In this document: positions 53,115-63,312 of the stretch, in pieces
Layout of the letters: every line of letters begins with the position of its first letter
Position numbering within the stretch: position 1 is the stretch's first letter
Assembly (NCBI GenBank): GCA_965261345.1
Contig: OZ253449.1
Coordinates: 384,001 to 448,000, forward strand
DNA from: Chloroflexota bacterium
Lineage (GTDB): Bacteria > Chloroflexota > UBA11872 > VXNJ01
Direction: 5' to 3'
Length of the DNA stretch: 64,000 bases
Program-made: the position numbers and the translations under genes
The notes under the pieces: generated by a model
Databases searched by the model: none
What the model was told of the DNA's origin: nothing
The model's input: the letters and a program-made list of their open reading frames with translations, nothing else

Positions 53115-53750
53115 TCAGCGCGAGTAGAACTCGACGATCAGGTGTTCCTGTATGACGACGTCCGAGCTCTGGGATCCGGGCAGCCCTACAATTCGCCCGC
53201 TCATCTCCGACGGAGTGACCTCGACCCATTCTTGGCTCGGTCGGTCGGAGTTGATTTCCAGTGCATAGGCAATTACGGCTAGATCGCGGCTGCCTTCGCG
53301 CACCGACACCACATCGCCGACCGAAAGGACCTGCGACGGGCTCTTGGCGCGCGTGCCGTTCACCTGCACGTGCCCGTGATTTACCAGTTGTCGTGCCTGC
53401 TTCCGTGAGGTGGCAAACCCCATCCGGAAGAAAACGTTGTCCAGCCGCATTTCGAGCAGGCGCAGCACGATTTCACCGGTGCGCCCACCTTCGCGTTCGG
53501 CCATCGCAAAATAGCGCCGGAACTGGCGTTCCTGAACGCCATAGGTCCGGCGAACCTTCTGCTTTTCGCGCAACTGTTGGGCGTAATTGGAAATTCGTTG
53601 CCGCATGGTGCGTCCGGTTCCCGGTTGACCGGGTGGAACATTCCGGCGCTCAATTGCGCACTTGGGGGTAAAGCAGCGTTCGCCCTTCAAGAAGAGCTTG
53701 ACGCCCTCGCGTCGACAAAGCCGGCAGTTGGGTCCGGTGTAGCGAGCCAT
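53115..53750 (-). CDS. rpsD: 30S ribosomal protein S4 (Zn-binding type)
   Basis: MARYTGP.CRLCRREG, LE.RLDN, ARQLVNHGH, IVEFYSR. Confidence 0.97.
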   Translation of the reverse strand: MARYTGPNCRLCRREGVKLFLKGERCFTPKCAIERRNVPPGQPGTGRTMRQRISNYAQQLREKQKVRRTYGVQERQFRRYFAMAEREGGRTGEIVLRLLEMRLDNVFFRMGFATSRKQARQLVNHGHVQVNGTRAKSPSQVLSVGDVVSVREGSRDLAVIAYALEINSDRPSQEWVEVTPSEMSGRIVGLPGSQSSDVVIQEHLIVEFYSR

Positions 53751-54131
53751 CTAGTTGCGCGGCCGTTTGCGCGGCCGGGGGCCGTTATGAGGGATCGGGG
53801 TCACGTCGGCGATGCTCATGATCTGAAGGCCCGCTGCTTGAAGTGCCCGAATCGCCGCGTCGCGGCCGCTGCCCGGACCCTTAACAAACACCGCTATCCG
53901 TCGCATGCCCAATTCCAGCGCTTGACGGGCCGCCCCGTCCGAGGTGATCTGGGCGGCGTAGGGAGTGCCCTTGCGGGAACCCTTGAATCCGCTGGTGCCA
54001 CCGGATGCCCAGGTCAAAACTGCCCCGGCATCATCGGTGATGGTAACGATCGTGTTGTTAAAAGTCGCATGAATGTGCGCCTGCCCTTCGGTGACCATGC
54101 GCGTGAGCCGGCGTCGGCGTCTAGGTGCCAT
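53751..54131 (-). CDS. rpsK: 30S ribosomal protein S11
   Basis: [30 protein letters not shown]. Confidence 0.97.
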   Translation of the reverse strand: MAPRRRRRLTRMVTEGQAHIHATFNNTIVTITDDAGAVLTWASGGTSGFKGSRKGTPYAAQITSDGAARQALELGMRRIAVFVKGPGSGRDAAIRALQAAGLQIMSIADVTPIPHNGPRPRKRPRN

Positions 54132-54150
54132 GTTGGATTACTGCCTCGCC

Positions 54151-54531
54151 CTAGCGCTTGATTGACTTTTTGCGAATACCAATTGACGACCTTCGCATTC
54201 GCCGCGTCCGGGCGTTGGTGTGGGTTCGCTGGCCACGCACCGGCAGGCCCAGGCGATGCCGCAGCCCGCGATAACTGCCAACCTCACGCAGACGCGAGAC
54301 ATTTAGGGCTACTTCGCGGCGCAGTTCGCCTTCCACCTTGTGTTCGCGTTCAATGATGTCGCGAACCCTGGCCAACTCGGCGTCGGTCAGATCGCGAACG
54401 CGGGTTCCCGCCCTGATGCGCGCCCGGCGGACTATGGTTTCGCTGGTGCGGCGACCGATTCCATATATATAGGTCAAAGCGATCCAGACCGGTTTGTTAA
54501 CCGGAACATCCACGCCTGATATTCGCGCCAT
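54151..54531 (-). CDS. rpsM: 30S ribosomal protein S13
   Basis: [34 protein letters not shown]. Confidence 0.97.
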   Translation of the reverse strand: MARISGVDVPVNKPVWIALTYIYGIGRRTSETIVRRARIRAGTRVRDLTDAELARVRDIIEREHKVEGELRREVALNVSRLREVGSYRGLRHRLGLPVRGQRTHTNARTRRMRRSSIGIRKKSIKR

Positions 54532-54533
54532 CT

Positions 54534-54647
54534 TTAGCCTTGTTTTTGATTGTGGCGGCGATTGTCACAGATAACCATGACCACCCCGCGGCGCTTGATT
54601 ACTTTGCATTTCATACAGCGCGTGCGCACCGATGCCGAAACCTTCAT
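54534..54647 (-). CDS. rpmJ: 50S ribosomal protein L36 (below ORF-track cutoff)
   Basis: Manual translation [37 protein letters not shown]. Confidence 0.95.
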   Translation of the reverse strand: MKVSASVRTRCMKCKVIKRRGVVMVICDNRRHNQKQG

Positions 54648-54658
54648 AACTTAGCCGA

Positions 54659-54886
54659 TCAGCGCGAGTCAGGCAGGCGCCAGGTAATGCGCCCGCGGGT
54701 TAGGTCGTAGGGTGTGAATTCAACCCGCACCTTGTCACCGATGCCGATCCGGATGTGATTCATGCGTAGCTTGCCCGAAAGATGTGCCAAGACAACGGCG
54801 CCGTTCTCAAGTTGAATCTTGAAATTGGTATCAGGAAGCGAATCACGAACGACTCCTTCTACCTCGATGACGTCTTTTTTGGCCAA
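54659..54886 (-). CDS. infA: Translation initiation factor IF-1
   Basis: [32 protein letters not shown]. Confidence 0.97.
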   Translation of the reverse strand: MAKKDVIEVEGVVRDSLPDTNFKIQLENGAVVLAHLSGKLRMNHIRIGIGDKVRVEFTPYDLTRGRITWRLPDSR

Positions 54887-54967
54887 CGAGCTTTAAATCC
54901 CTAAACAGCGAGCCGGCAGCGCGTGACAATTCTTTTTAAGGTCCCAGAGCCCTCGAGCGGGAGATAC

Positions 54968-54988
54968 AAAATCGACCCGCCGGGTCGA
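54968..54988 (-). terminator. Terminator/attenuator-like hairpin upstream of infA
   Basis: Minus strand TCGACCC-GGC-GGGTCGA followed by TTTT. Confidence 0.4.
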
Positions 54989-55036
54989 GTGCATCCGCTT
55001 GGGCCGGCTGGGTCCTGCGCCTTGCCGAGCGTTGAG

Positions 55037-55063
55037 ATTATAGAACTTTTGCCACCCGATCAA
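55037..55063 (-). promoter_or_regulatory. Candidate promoter for infA-rpmJ-alpha operon
   Basis: Perfect TATAAT at 55042-55037; TTGATC 15 nt upstream. Confidence 0.45.
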
Positions 55064-55710
55064 TTGGTGCCCCGCAGCGATCCGGCGGCACTCTCGCTGC
55101 CTGTTAGACGGACCTGAAAACTTTCAATACGGTCTGCGATCAGGGTCAACACGTCGTTGTGGACAGCGGCAACATCGCGGTCGCCATCAATGTCGAATAG
55201 GACTTGTTGATTAACGTAATGATCAAAAACCGGGCGAGTAGCCTCATCGTAAATGGCCAGGCGATGGTCGATGATTTCACGTGTATCGTCGGGCCGACCA
55301 CGGGTAATCATTCGAGAGATCTTGGACGCGTTTTCGACTTTCAAGTGGATGACCGCGACGATCCGCGATTGCCTGCGTTCAAGCCATTCATCAAAATATC
55401 GCGCCTGCGTGGGGGTGCGCGGGAATCCATCGATCACCACCCCGGAGCTGTGCTGGCACATCCGCTCAATTTCGGCGGTAATGAGCTGCACCGTCAATCC
55501 GTCAGGGATCAGGTCGCCGGCCGCCAATTTCTGGCGCACCAGCTCGGAAAGCGAGTCCCTCGCCGATTCGATTCGCCGGAAGAAATCTCCAGAGGAGAGG
55601 TGCTCAAGGCCCAGCGATCCGTTCAACAGCTCGGCTTGGGTGCCCTTGCCGCAACCGGGCCCACCCAACAAAACGATCAACAAATTGTCAGAGAACGCGG
55701 CCCAATTCAA
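55060..55710 (-). CDS. adk: Adenylate kinase (short LID type)
   Basis: GGPGCGKGTQ, HLSSGD, DGFPRT..QA, RGRPDD. Confidence 0.93.
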   Translation of the reverse strand: MNWAAFSDNLLIVLLGGPGCGKGTQAELLNGSLGLEHLSSGDFFRRIESARDSLSELVRQKLAAGDLIPDGLTVQLITAEIERMCQHSSGVVIDGFPRTPTQARYFDEWLERRQSRIVAVIHLKVENASKISRMITRGRPDDTREIIDHRLAIYDEATRPVFDHYVNQQVLFDIDGDRDVAAVHNDVLTLIADRIESFQVRLTGSESAAGSLRGTN

Positions 55711-56984
55711 AGGAACGCCTCGTATTCACGCATCATAAGTTGCGATTCAAGCTGACGCATCGTATCGAGTACGACGCCGACGGTGATCAACAACCCGGTT
55801 GAACTTAAGGCCACCGCGGTCACCCCCGTGCCCAGGCCCACAAAAAAGGGAACGATCGCGATCAGACCGAGGAATATTCCACCGGCCAGGGTGATTCGAT
55901 TGAGGATCCGGTTGAGGAACAGCGCGGTCGGACGGCCCGGTCGAATACCCGGTATGAAGCCTCCGTTTTTTTGCAGGTTTTCCGGAAGATTCTGCTGATT
56001 AAAGACCACTATGGTATAGAAAAAGGTAAATGCAACCACCAACAGGAAGGTCGCGAACCAATATGGAAACGCCTGCGGCCCGAACCAGTCGGCCAGTACT
56101 CCGGAAAATTCGGCCAGCCAGAGGGTGTCGGAAGTGGCCGCATATTGGGCAATTGTTGCCGGCATCAACATGATCGAAAAGGCAAAGATCAGCGGAATCA
56201 TTCCGGCCGAATTGATTTTCATCGGGATGTGCGTCGACCGCCCGCCGTAGATTCGATTCCCGCGCACCCGCTTGGCATAGCTGACCGGGATACGGCGTTG
56301 GCCCTCGTGCACGAATACGATCGCCGCCACCATAAGCACGCCAATTACCGCGAAGGCGCCCAATCCGGTAAATTCCTCGCCGCTCAAAAGCGATTGACCA
56401 AGGGCCGGGGGTACGCCGGCGACAATCCCGCCGAGGATGATGATCGAGACGCCGTTGCCGATGCCGCGTTCGGTAATAAGCTCGCCCAGCCAGTAGAGAA
56501 ACATGGTTCCGGCGGCCATGATCAGGAGCATGCCGAGAATGGTCGGCGCCGGCAGGTCACCGATCGGCGAGGGCGCAACCGAGCGCAAGATCTGGATTTG
56601 CGCGTAACCCTGCATCATCGCCAGCGGCACCGTAAACAGCCGAGTATAGAATGCCAGCTTCTTGCGGCCGGCGTCGCCGCCTTCGCGTGAAAGCTCTTTG
56701 AGCTGAGGAACGATCGGCACCAGGATATTGAAGATGATCGAGGCGGTTATATAGGGATAGACGCCGAGCGCGACGACCGAAAAGTTCTCCAGTGCGCCGC
56801 CTGATAGGAGGTTGAGGAATCCCAGTAACTGGTCACCTTCAAACCGCTGCTGGAGCAGCGACAGGTCGACATTTGGGAGCGGGATGTGGGCGACAACCCG
56901 AAAAATAATCAACATCCCAAGCGTAAAGAGGATCTTGTTGCGCAGATCCGGCAGTCGGAACGCTGAAACGGTAGCTTGAATCAT
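55707..56984 (-). CDS. secY: Preprotein translocase SecY
   Basis: LGVYPYITASII, GIGNGVS, N.AGMIP.IFA, GGFIPGIRPG. Confidence 0.97.
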   Translation of the reverse strand: MIQATVSAFRLPDLRNKILFTLGMLIIFRVVAHIPLPNVDLSLLQQRFEGDQLLGFLNLLSGGALENFSVVALGVYPYITASIIFNILVPIVPQLKELSREGGDAGRKKLAFYTRLFTVPLAMMQGYAQIQILRSVAPSPIGDLPAPTILGMLLIMAAGTMFLYWLGELITERGIGNGVSIIILGGIVAGVPPALGQSLLSGEEFTGLGAFAVIGVLMVAAIVFVHEGQRRIPVSYAKRVRGNRIYGGRSTHIPMKINSAGMIPLIFAFSIMLMPATIAQYAATSDTLWLAEFSGVLADWFGPQAFPYWFATFLLVVAFTFFYTIVVFNQQNLPENLQKNGGFIPGIRPGRPTALFLNRILNRITLAGGIFLGLIAIVPFFVGLGTGVTAVALSSTGLLITVGVVLDTMRQLESQLMMREYEAFL

Positions 56985-57052
56985 GCCGGTTCAGGTTCAG
57001 CCAGGCAGCGTAGCGGCGACATTTTTACGGCCACCGATACTAGGCCAGATTC

Positions 57053-57499
57053 TTAATTGACGACCCGTGCGGCGCCGCCAGCCGCCTCGATCTTGGCGAT
57101 CGCGGCTGCCGAAAACTGGGTAGCGCATACATTGAGTCGGCGTTCCAGATCACCGTCGCCCAGGATCTTGATCGGCCCGCGCTTGGCGATACCGGCGGCA
57201 ATTAACTCGCTGGGTCCAACTTCGTCGCCGTCGTTGAAGACATTTAGCGCCGAGACGTTGACTGGCTCATACTGCTTTCGAAACCGGGCGTTTGAAAAAC
57301 CGGGGAGCTTGGGAAAACGCCTAAGGATCGGCGTCTGGCCGCCCTCGGCATACCAGCGACGGGTGCTGCCGGCGCGTGAATTGGCGCCCTTCTGGCCGCG
57401 CCCAGCGGTTCGCCCGCGTCCCGATCCAATGCCACGGCCTCGCCGTTGCTGCTTGCCCTTGAGCGACCCGGACAGCATGTTTTTAATTACACTACGCAT
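57053..57499 (-). CDS. rplO: 50S ribosomal protein L15
   Basis: RGRGIGSG.G.TAGRG.KG, EGGQTP, KILGDG, KIEAAGG; start uncertain. Confidence 0.93.
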   Translation of the reverse strand: MRSVIKNMLSGSLKGKQQRRGRGIGSGRGRTAGRGQKGANSRAGSTRRWYAEGGQTPILRRFPKLPGFSNARFRKQYEPVNVSALNVFNDGDEVGPSELIAAGIAKRGPIKILGDGDLERRLNVCATQFSAAAIAKIEAAGGAARVVN

Positions 57500-57689
57500 C
57501 GCCGGCATCCTTGTCCGCGACCGCGCAAACTGTAACCAGGTGTCGAACCGAGTGGACCATGCCTCGAATAACCGGGTTATCGTCGTGCCGCACAGTCTGG
57601 CCAATCTTGCGCAGGCCGAGGGCCATGACGGTGGCTTTCTGGTTGGCCTTGTTCCCGATCGGACTACGCCGCAGCGATACGTCAATCAT
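57492..57689 (-). CDS. rpmD: 50S ribosomal protein L30
   Basis: RSPIG, TV.ALGLRKI, IRGM...V.HLV. Confidence 0.93.
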   Translation of the reverse strand: MIDVSLRRSPIGNKANQKATVMALGLRKIGQTVRHDDNPVIRGMVHSVRHLVTVCAVADKDAGDA

Positions 57690-58203
57690 TGTCGTTGCGC
57701 GATCGATTCTGATTGCGCCGTGGGCGTCGCAATTTTGCACCCCTGGGTACGCTGAGGTCGTTGAGCGCCACCAGGGTGGCCTTGGCCAGATTCATCGAAT
57801 TTGAGGAACCGAACGCCTTGGTCAGGACGTTTGAAATGCCGGCCGCCTCTACCACCGCACGCACCGCGCCGCCGGCAATTACCCCGGTTCCCGGACTGGA
57901 CGGCCGCAGGATTACCTTGGAGGCGCCGAAGCGGCCTTCAACGTAATGAGGGATCGTCCCGTCGGTACGGACCGGAACCGTGACCATCGAGGCCCGCGCT
58001 TTTTCGTGCGCCTTGCGGATCGCCGACGCGACTTCGCGCGCCTTGCCTATCCCCAAACCGACCCGAGTCTGCCCGTCCCCGACGACAACAACGGCGTTAA
58101 AGCCAAAGGTTCGTCCACCTTTGACTACTTTGGCCACCCGCTTAATGCGAACGACTCGCTCGTCGTTGCGTTGTCCGCCGTCGACGCCACCTCTTGAACT
58201 CAA
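57682..58203 (-). CDS. rpsE: 30S ribosomal protein S5
   Basis: [24 protein letters not shown]. Confidence 0.97.
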   Translation of the reverse strand: MSSRGGVDGGQRNDERVVRIKRVAKVVKGGRTFGFNAVVVVGDGQTRVGLGIGKAREVASAIRKAHEKARASMVTVPVRTDGTIPHYVEGRFGASKVILRPSSPGTGVIAGGAVRAVVEAAGISNVLTKAFGSSNSMNLAKATLVALNDLSVPRGAKLRRPRRNQNRSRNDND

Positions 58204-58218
58204 ATTGTTTGGCTTCCT

Positions 58219-58575
58219 CTAGATTTTTAGGCCGGCATTGCGCGCTGCGTCGGCTAGCGCCGCAACCCGGCCGTGATAGCGGTGACCACCACGGTCAAAA
58301 ACCGCCACTTGAATGTCTACTTTCGCGGCGCGCTCGGCAATCAATTGCCCGACGCGCTGCGCTCTTTCAATTTTGCTGCCGCCAGCGGCAAACCCGGCGT
58401 CCATGGTCGAGGCCGCGGCCAGAGTCCGACCCGAATCATCGTCAATCAGTTGACCATAAATGTGACGGTTGCTTCGAAAAACCGCCAATCGTGGCCGCCC
58501 GGCATCACCGCGGATCTTCTTGCGGATGACCCGATGCCGGCGCCGGCGTTCTGATTCTGCCGACCGCTTACTCAT
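58219..58575 (-). CDS. rplR: 50S ribosomal protein L18
   Basis: RPRL.VFRSN, VFDRGG..YHGRV. Confidence 0.96.
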   Translation of the reverse strand: MSKRSAESERRRRHRVIRKKIRGDAGRPRLAVFRSNRHIYGQLIDDDSGRTLAAASTMDAGFAAGGSKIERAQRVGQLIAERAAKVDIQVAVFDRGGHRYHGRVAALADAARNAGLKI

Positions 58576-59123
58576 CGTCCGGCTCCAATCGCCGATTTAC
58601 CAGGCTTGAGTCGGACAACTTCGCCCGAATAGCGAATACCCTTCCCTTTGTAGGCATCGGGCTTGCGGACCGCGCGGAGGTTGGCCGCTGTACGTCCAAC
58701 CAGTTCTTTGTCGATTCCGCGCACTCTTACCCGATTGGCGCCCTCGAGCTGCAGCTCGATGCCGTCGGGGGCTCGAAACACCACCGGGTGTGACATGCCG
58801 ATTTGCATTTCGATTCCTTCGGCGTGGGGCTGGGCACGATATCCAGTTCCGACGATGTCCAGGGTTTTCGAATAACCCTGGGTAACTCCGATCACGTTGT
58901 TGGCAATCAGGGTGCGGAAGAGCCCGTGCAGCGACCGCAGCCGGGCGGAGTTGCTGCGCCGCAGAACTCGAACTTCGCCATCGGTGTGGTCAGCCGTGAT
59001 GCCGGACTGCAGTTGCACCTGCAAACTACCCAGCGGACCGCGGACTTCTACCAATCCGCCGTTCGCGCAGTCGACCTGCACCCCTTCGGGCAGGCTGATC
59101 GGGGCTTGTCCAACACGCGACAT
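58572..59123 (-). CDS. rplF: 50S ribosomal protein L6
   Basis: [20 protein letters not shown]. Confidence 0.96.
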   Translation of the reverse strand: MSRVGQAPISLPEGVQVDCANGGLVEVRGPLGSLQVQLQSGITADHTDGEVRVLRRSNSARLRSLHGLFRTLIANNVIGVTQGYSKTLDIVGTGYRAQPHAEGIEMQIGMSHPVVFRAPDGIELQLEGANRVRVRGIDKELVGRTAANLRAVRKPDAYKGKGIRYSGEVVRLKPGKSAIGAGR

Positions 59124-59133
59124 GGAAGCTCTC

Positions 59134-59556
59134 CTACCAGACCGAGCAGATATGCTCGCCGCCGAGTTTGCGGCGATAGGCCTGACGGCCGGTCATTACC
59201 CCTTGCGAGGTTGAAATTATGGCAATTCCGGTGCCGCCACGAATGAGCGGGATGTCGGCCGCCTTGGTATAGGCGCGGAGGCCGGGCTTTGAAACGCGCT
59301 TGGCGGCGCGAATGATCGGCTCTCGGTCGGCATCGTATTTGAGTGCGATCTTGAGCAACGGTTGCGGACCGTTTTCAACCGGCTCGAAACCGAGGATATA
59401 TCCCTCACTCTCCAAGATTCCCAGAATCTTGGCCTTCTGCTTCGATGCCGGGACCTGAGTATGCGGCAAGCCAGCATCGCCGGCATTGCGCAATCGGGTA
59501 AGCAGATCTGCAACCGGATCCGAGTGGGTGTAGGGAATTATTTTGTAAGCGTCCAT
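59134..59556 (-). CDS. rpsH: 30S ribosomal protein S8
   Basis: DP.AD.LTR.RN, SKPGLR.Y, STS.GVMT, GGE. Confidence 0.96.
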   Translation of the reverse strand: MDAYKIIPYTHSDPVADLLTRLRNAGDAGLPHTQVPASKQKAKILGILESEGYILGFEPVENGPQPLLKIALKYDADREPIIRAAKRVSKPGLRAYTKAADIPLIRGGTGIAIISTSQGVMTGRQAYRRKLGGEHICSVW

Positions 59557-59560
59557 CTGT

Positions 59561-59746
59561 CTACCAGCTCGACTTGATCACGCCGGGAATTTCGCCGCGC
59601 AGGGCGCGTTCGCGAAAACAGATACGGCAAAGATTGAATTTGCGCATGTAACCGCGCGGTCGACCGCACAATCCACAGCGGTGACGATGACGAACCTTAA
59701 AGCGCGGCGTGCGCTTCCATTTTTCGATCAGCGCTTTTTTAGCCAT
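59561..59746 (-). CDS. rpsN: 30S ribosomal protein S14 type Z
   Basis: [21 protein letters not shown]. Confidence 0.96.
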   Translation of the reverse strand: MAKKALIEKWKRTPRFKVRHRHRCGLCGRPRGYMRKFNLCRICFRERALRGEIPGVIKSSW

Positions 59747-59751
59747 TGCCT

Positions 59752-60303
59752 TTAAGCACCTTCAGCCTGGAACGGACAGCCCATCGCTTCGAGCAACGCT
59801 AATCCGTGGGCGTCGTTTCCGGCGGTGGTAACAAAATTGACTTGAAAACCGCGCACGCGGTCGATTTGGGTGTAGTCGATCTCGGGAAATATCAACTGTT
59901 CATTGAAACCGATCGAATAATTTCCGCGGCCGTCAAACGACCGTCGCGAAAGCCCGCGGAAATCGCGAACCCGTGGTATTCCGATTGAAAACAAACGATC
60001 AACGAAGTTGTACATCGCCTCGCCGCGAAGGGTCGCCATGACTCCGACGCGCATACCCTTGCGCAGCGAAAAATTAGAAATTGATCGCGTCGCACGCGTA
60101 ATTACCGGCTTTTGTCCGGTGATGATACCCAGGTCGCGAGCCGTGTTTTCGGGAGCGTTTTGATCAGAAACCGCCTCGCCCACGCCACTGTTGACCACCA
60201 CCTTGGTAAGCCTTGGGACCTCCATGACGTTGTCAATGCCAAGGTCGCGCGCCAGACGCGGACGAAGGTCGGCAAAGTAACGGTGCTTGAGTCGCGAGGC
60301 CAT
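59752..60303 (-). CDS. rplE: 50S ribosomal protein L5
   Basis: [26 protein letters not shown]. Confidence 0.97.
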   Translation of the reverse strand: MASRLKHRYFADLRPRLARDLGIDNVMEVPRLTKVVVNSGVGEAVSDQNAPENTARDLGIITGQKPVITRATRSISNFSLRKGMRVGVMATLRGEAMYNFVDRLFSIGIPRVRDFRGLSRRSFDGRGNYSIGFNEQLIFPEIDYTQIDRVRGFQVNFVTTAGNDAHGLALLEAMGCPFQAEGA

Positions 60304-60626
60304 CAGTCGTCCAGCACTTCGCCGGTGGATTTGGCATAGCGAACCCGTCGACCATCGGCCAGCGTCCGCCGGCCGACCCGCGATGGTTTCTGGGTGGACG
60401 GGTCGATCAGCTGGACATTGGAAACATCTATCGGCGCAGGGAAATCGATGATCCCAGTGGGTCGCCCTGGACCCGAAAACTTGGCATGTTTCTTGCGCAG
60501 ATTGATTCCTTCGATCACCACTTGACGCTTGCCCTTTATCACCTGCGTAACTGAGCCGCGTTTGCCGCGTTCGGGGCCGGCAATGACCATGACTTCGTCA
60601 CCGGATCTGATACGGATTGATGCCAT
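60303..60626 (-). CDS. rplX: 50S ribosomal protein L24
   Basis: GD.V.VIAG..RGK.G, EGIN, API..SNV. Confidence 0.95.
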   Translation of the reverse strand: MASIRIRSGDEVMVIAGPERGKRGSVTQVIKGKRQVVIEGINLRKKHAKFSGPGRPTGIIDFPAPIDVSNVQLIDPSTQKPSRVGRRTLADGRRVRYAKSTGEVLDD

Positions 60627-60633
60627 GTTCGAC

Positions 60634-61002
60634 CTAGAGAACCTCGGGAGCGAGTGAAATCACGCGCGCAAACTTGGCGTCGCGCAGTTCGCGGGCAACC
60701 GGTCCGAACACGCGGGTCCCAATCGGGGCCCGCTGAGCGTCGACTAGCACCGCGGCATTGTCGTCAAAACGGATGCGCGACCCATCGCGCCGTTTGTATT
60801 CCTTGGCAACTCGCACGATCACCGCATGGGTCACTCGGCCTTTGGGAATCGGGCTGTTCGCGACCGCCGACTTTACCGAACCCACGACGATGTCGCCGAC
60901 CGAAGCGTAGCGCCGACCGGTCCCGCCAAGTACGCGGATAACAAGTAATTCGCGAGCGCCGGTGTTGTCGGCAACTCGGACCCGCGATTGTTGTTGAATC
61001 AT
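60634..61002 (-). CDS. rplN: 50S ribosomal protein L14
   Basis: MIQ...[34 protein letters not shown]. Confidence 0.97.
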   Translation of the reverse strand: MIQQQSRVRVADNTGARELLVIRVLGGTGRRYASVGDIVVGSVKSAVANSPIPKGRVTHAVIVRVAKEYKRRDGSRIRFDDNAAVLVDAQRAPIGTRVFGPVARELRDAKFARVISLAPEVL

Positions 61003-61281
61003 CTAGGCAACCACGACCTCGCCGGCCGATTCGGCCAGCGGTTTGCTTAGCACTTCACGCAGCCGCCAGCGCTTGCGCGCCGAGAGCGGCCGACTTTCCT
61101 CGATGACCACCCGGTCGCCGGTCTTTGAGGAGTTGTCGGCGTCATGGACCATGTATCGCTTGCGCCGTTTTACCTGTTTGCCATAGAGCGGGTGACGCAC
61201 CAGGCGTATATGCTCCACGACGCGCGACTTGTCCATCGCATCGGAAATTACGATACAGCGCAAACGCCTCTTGTTAGCCAA
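61003..61281 (-). CDS. rpsQ: 30S ribosomal protein S17
   Basis: MDKS, HPLYGK, HD, GD.V.I.E.RPLS..KRW. Confidence 0.96.
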   Translation of the reverse strand: MANKRRLRCIVISDAMDKSRVVEHIRLVRHPLYGKQVKRRKRYMVHDADNSSKTGDRVVIEESRPLSARKRWRLREVLSKPLAESAGEVVVA

Positions 61282-61283
61282 TG

Positions 61284-61496
61284 TCAGTCGCTTTCGGTGC
61301 CGGTGGCGGCGAGATTGGCGCCGAGCACCGTAAGCATGCGCGCAATTTCCTTGCGCGCCTTGCGGATTTGCGAGTTGTCCTCGAGTTGGTGGGTGGCCAC
61401 GCTAACCCGAAGACGGAAAAGGTCCTCGCGCCGACCGGCGATCGCGGTCTGCAATTCCAGCGCGCTCATTGCGCGGTACTGCTCTAGATCAGCCAA
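61284..61496 (-). CDS. rpmC: 50S ribosomal protein L29
   Basis: LFRLR, IRKARKEIAR.LT; position in operon. Confidence 0.92.
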   Translation of the reverse strand: MADLEQYRAMSALELQTAIAGRREDLFRLRVSVATHQLEDNSQIRKARKEIARMLTVLGANLAATGTESD

Positions 61497-61914
61497 CTAT
61501 GAACTCCTCGGTGCGGCTCAGGATACGAGCGGCAATCGGCAACTTGTTGGACGCCAATTCCAGCGCTCGCGTGGCCACTTCCGATTCCACGCCAGAAATC
61601 TCAAAGAGGATTCGACCGGGTTTGATAGGGGCAACCCATTTTTCAGTAGCACCCTTACCGCCGCCCATCCGGGTTTCGATCGGCTTGGACGAAACCGGTT
61701 TGTCGGGAAAAATGCAGATCCACACCCTACCCTGACGACGCATGTGCCCGGTAAGAACCCGGCGTGCGGCCTCGATCTGGCGTGAATCCATGAACCCGCG
61801 TTCGGTTGCTTGAAGGCCCCAATCGCCATGCTGGACGAAATTGCCGCGCGTGGCCAACCCGCGGTTCTTGCCGCGCATTCGCTTTTGGTATTTGAGGCGC
61901 TTGGGCATCAACAT
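61489..61914 (-). CDS. rplP: 50S ribosomal protein L16
   Basis: MLMPKR.KY, QIEAAR, IFPDKP, RMG.GKG; start ATG 61914. Confidence 0.96.
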   Translation of the reverse strand: MLMPKRLKYQKRMRGKNRGLATRGNFVQHGDWGLQATERGFMDSRQIEAARRVLTGHMRRQGRVWICIFPDKPVSSKPIETRMGGGKGATEKWVAPIKPGRILFEISGVESEVATRALELASNKLPIAARILSRTEEFIVG

Positions 61915-61919
61915 CGTAT

Positions 61920-62654
61920 TTAGCGCTCCAGGCCGGCCGGCAATACGTCGCCCATGCCAGATCGCGCCGAACGCGAGGCGCGCTGGGCGCGTCCACCACG
62001 ATGCACCCACGCCTTCACACCGATCGCTCCATAGGTGGTGTGGGCCACGGTCTGGCCATAGTCGATATCTGCGGTAAGGGTTTGCAGCGGAACCCGGCCT
62101 TCGATCTCGTATTCGGTGCGGGCCATCTCACGGCCGCCGAGGCGGCCGGCAACCTGAATCTTGGCACCCTCGGCCCAAGCCCGCAGACAGCGTTCGGCGG
62201 CCGATTTCATCGCCCGCCGGAACGAAACTCGGCGCTCAATCTGGTCGGCGACTGATCGGGCCACCAGATAGGCGTCAAGATCCGGAGAAGTTATTTCGGT
62301 AACATCAACATCTATCCGCTTGCCGATTTGCTTGGAAAGTGCGCCCTGCAGCGCTTCGCGGTTGGAACCGCCGCGTCCGATGACAACCCCGGGGCGAGAC
62401 GTGTGGATATTCACCCGCACCGAGTCTTGGACCCGGCGAATCATGATGCGCGAGACTCCGGCGCTGTAGGTGCGACGGCGCCCCCCGCGGTCTTCCGGTT
62501 GGCCTGGCGGATTCTTCAGCCAGGTCCGAACGAAGTCGCGGATGTGAGCGTCCTCGATTACCAGTTCTCCGAAATTGCGGTCCGCGTACCACTGGCTATC
62601 CCAGCTGCGGAAATTTCCCAGTCGAAACCCGACCGGGTGAACTTTGCGGCCCAT
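61920..62654 (-). CDS. rpsC: 30S ribosomal protein S3
   Basis: MGRKVHP.GFRLG, RPGVVIG, GRLGG.E.AR, GRVPL.TL.ADIDY. Confidence 0.97.
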   Translation of the reverse strand: MGRKVHPVGFRLGNFRSWDSQWYADRNFGELVIEDAHIRDFVRTWLKNPPGQPEDRGGRRRTYSAGVSRIMIRRVQDSVRVNIHTSRPGVVIGRGGSNREALQGALSKQIGKRIDVDVTEITSPDLDAYLVARSVADQIERRVSFRRAMKSAAERCLRAWAEGAKIQVAGRLGGREMARTEYEIEGRVPLQTLTADIDYGQTVAHTTYGAIGVKAWVHRGGRAQRASRSARSGMGDVLPAGLER

Positions 62655-62656
62655 TG

Positions 62657-62995
62657 TTAGTCCTCGCGCTCGTCGACGATTACGGTGATGTGGCTCATGC
62701 GGTGGCGGTAAAAACCGGCCCGTCCGCGCGACTTTGCCCGCATTCGGCGAAGTCGTGGCCCTTCGTCGACAAAGGCCCGGGTCACATAGAGCCTGGCAGG
62801 GTCCAGGCCGTAGTTGTTTTCAGCGTTGGCGACTGCCGACTTGATTGTTTTGGCAACCATCATTGCTGAACGGTTGGGAAGGTAGGTCAACAGCGCAAAA
62901 GCCTCGGGAATGTTTAGCCCTTTTACCTGCTCGGTCAGCAATCGGGCTTTGCGCGGTGCCACGCGCAGGAACTTGGTGGTGGAGGTTACTTCCAT
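62657..62995 (-). CDS. rplV: 50S ribosomal protein L22
   Basis: PRKARL, SA.ANAENN, VDEGP, SHITV. Confidence 0.96.
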   Translation of the reverse strand: MEVTSTTKFLRVAPRKARLLTEQVKGLNIPEAFALLTYLPNRSAMMVAKTIKSAVANAENNYGLDPARLYVTRAFVDEGPRLRRMRAKSRGRAGFYRHRMSHITVIVDERED

Positions 62996-63010
62996 TGGTA
63001 TCAGCCCGAA

Positions 63011-63289
63011 CTAGCGCCCGGTGCGGGCGCGTGACCCCGAATGCCCGCGAAATACGCGGGTAGGAGCGAACTCGCCAAGTTTGTGGCCAACCATGTTCTC
63101 GGTCACATAGATCGGGACGTGCCGCCTCCCATCGTGGACGGCGATGGTGTGGCCGACCATTTCCGGAAAGATCGTCGAACGCCGGCTCCAAGTGCGAAGC
63201 ACCCTTTTTACGCCGCGGCGATCCAGAGACCTTACCCGGCGCAATAGCTTGCGGTCGGCGTAGGGGCCCTTTTTCAATGACCTTGGCAT
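63011..63289 (-). CDS. rpsS: 30S ribosomal protein S19
   Basis: [28 protein letters not shown]. Confidence 0.97.
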   Translation of the reverse strand: MPRSLKKGPYADRKLLRRVRSLDRRGVKRVLRTWSRRSTIFPEMVGHTIAVHDGRRHVPIYVTENMVGHKLGEFAPTRVFRGHSGSRARTGR

Positions 63290-63312
63290 ATCAGTTTGCC
63301 TTCATCCCTTGT

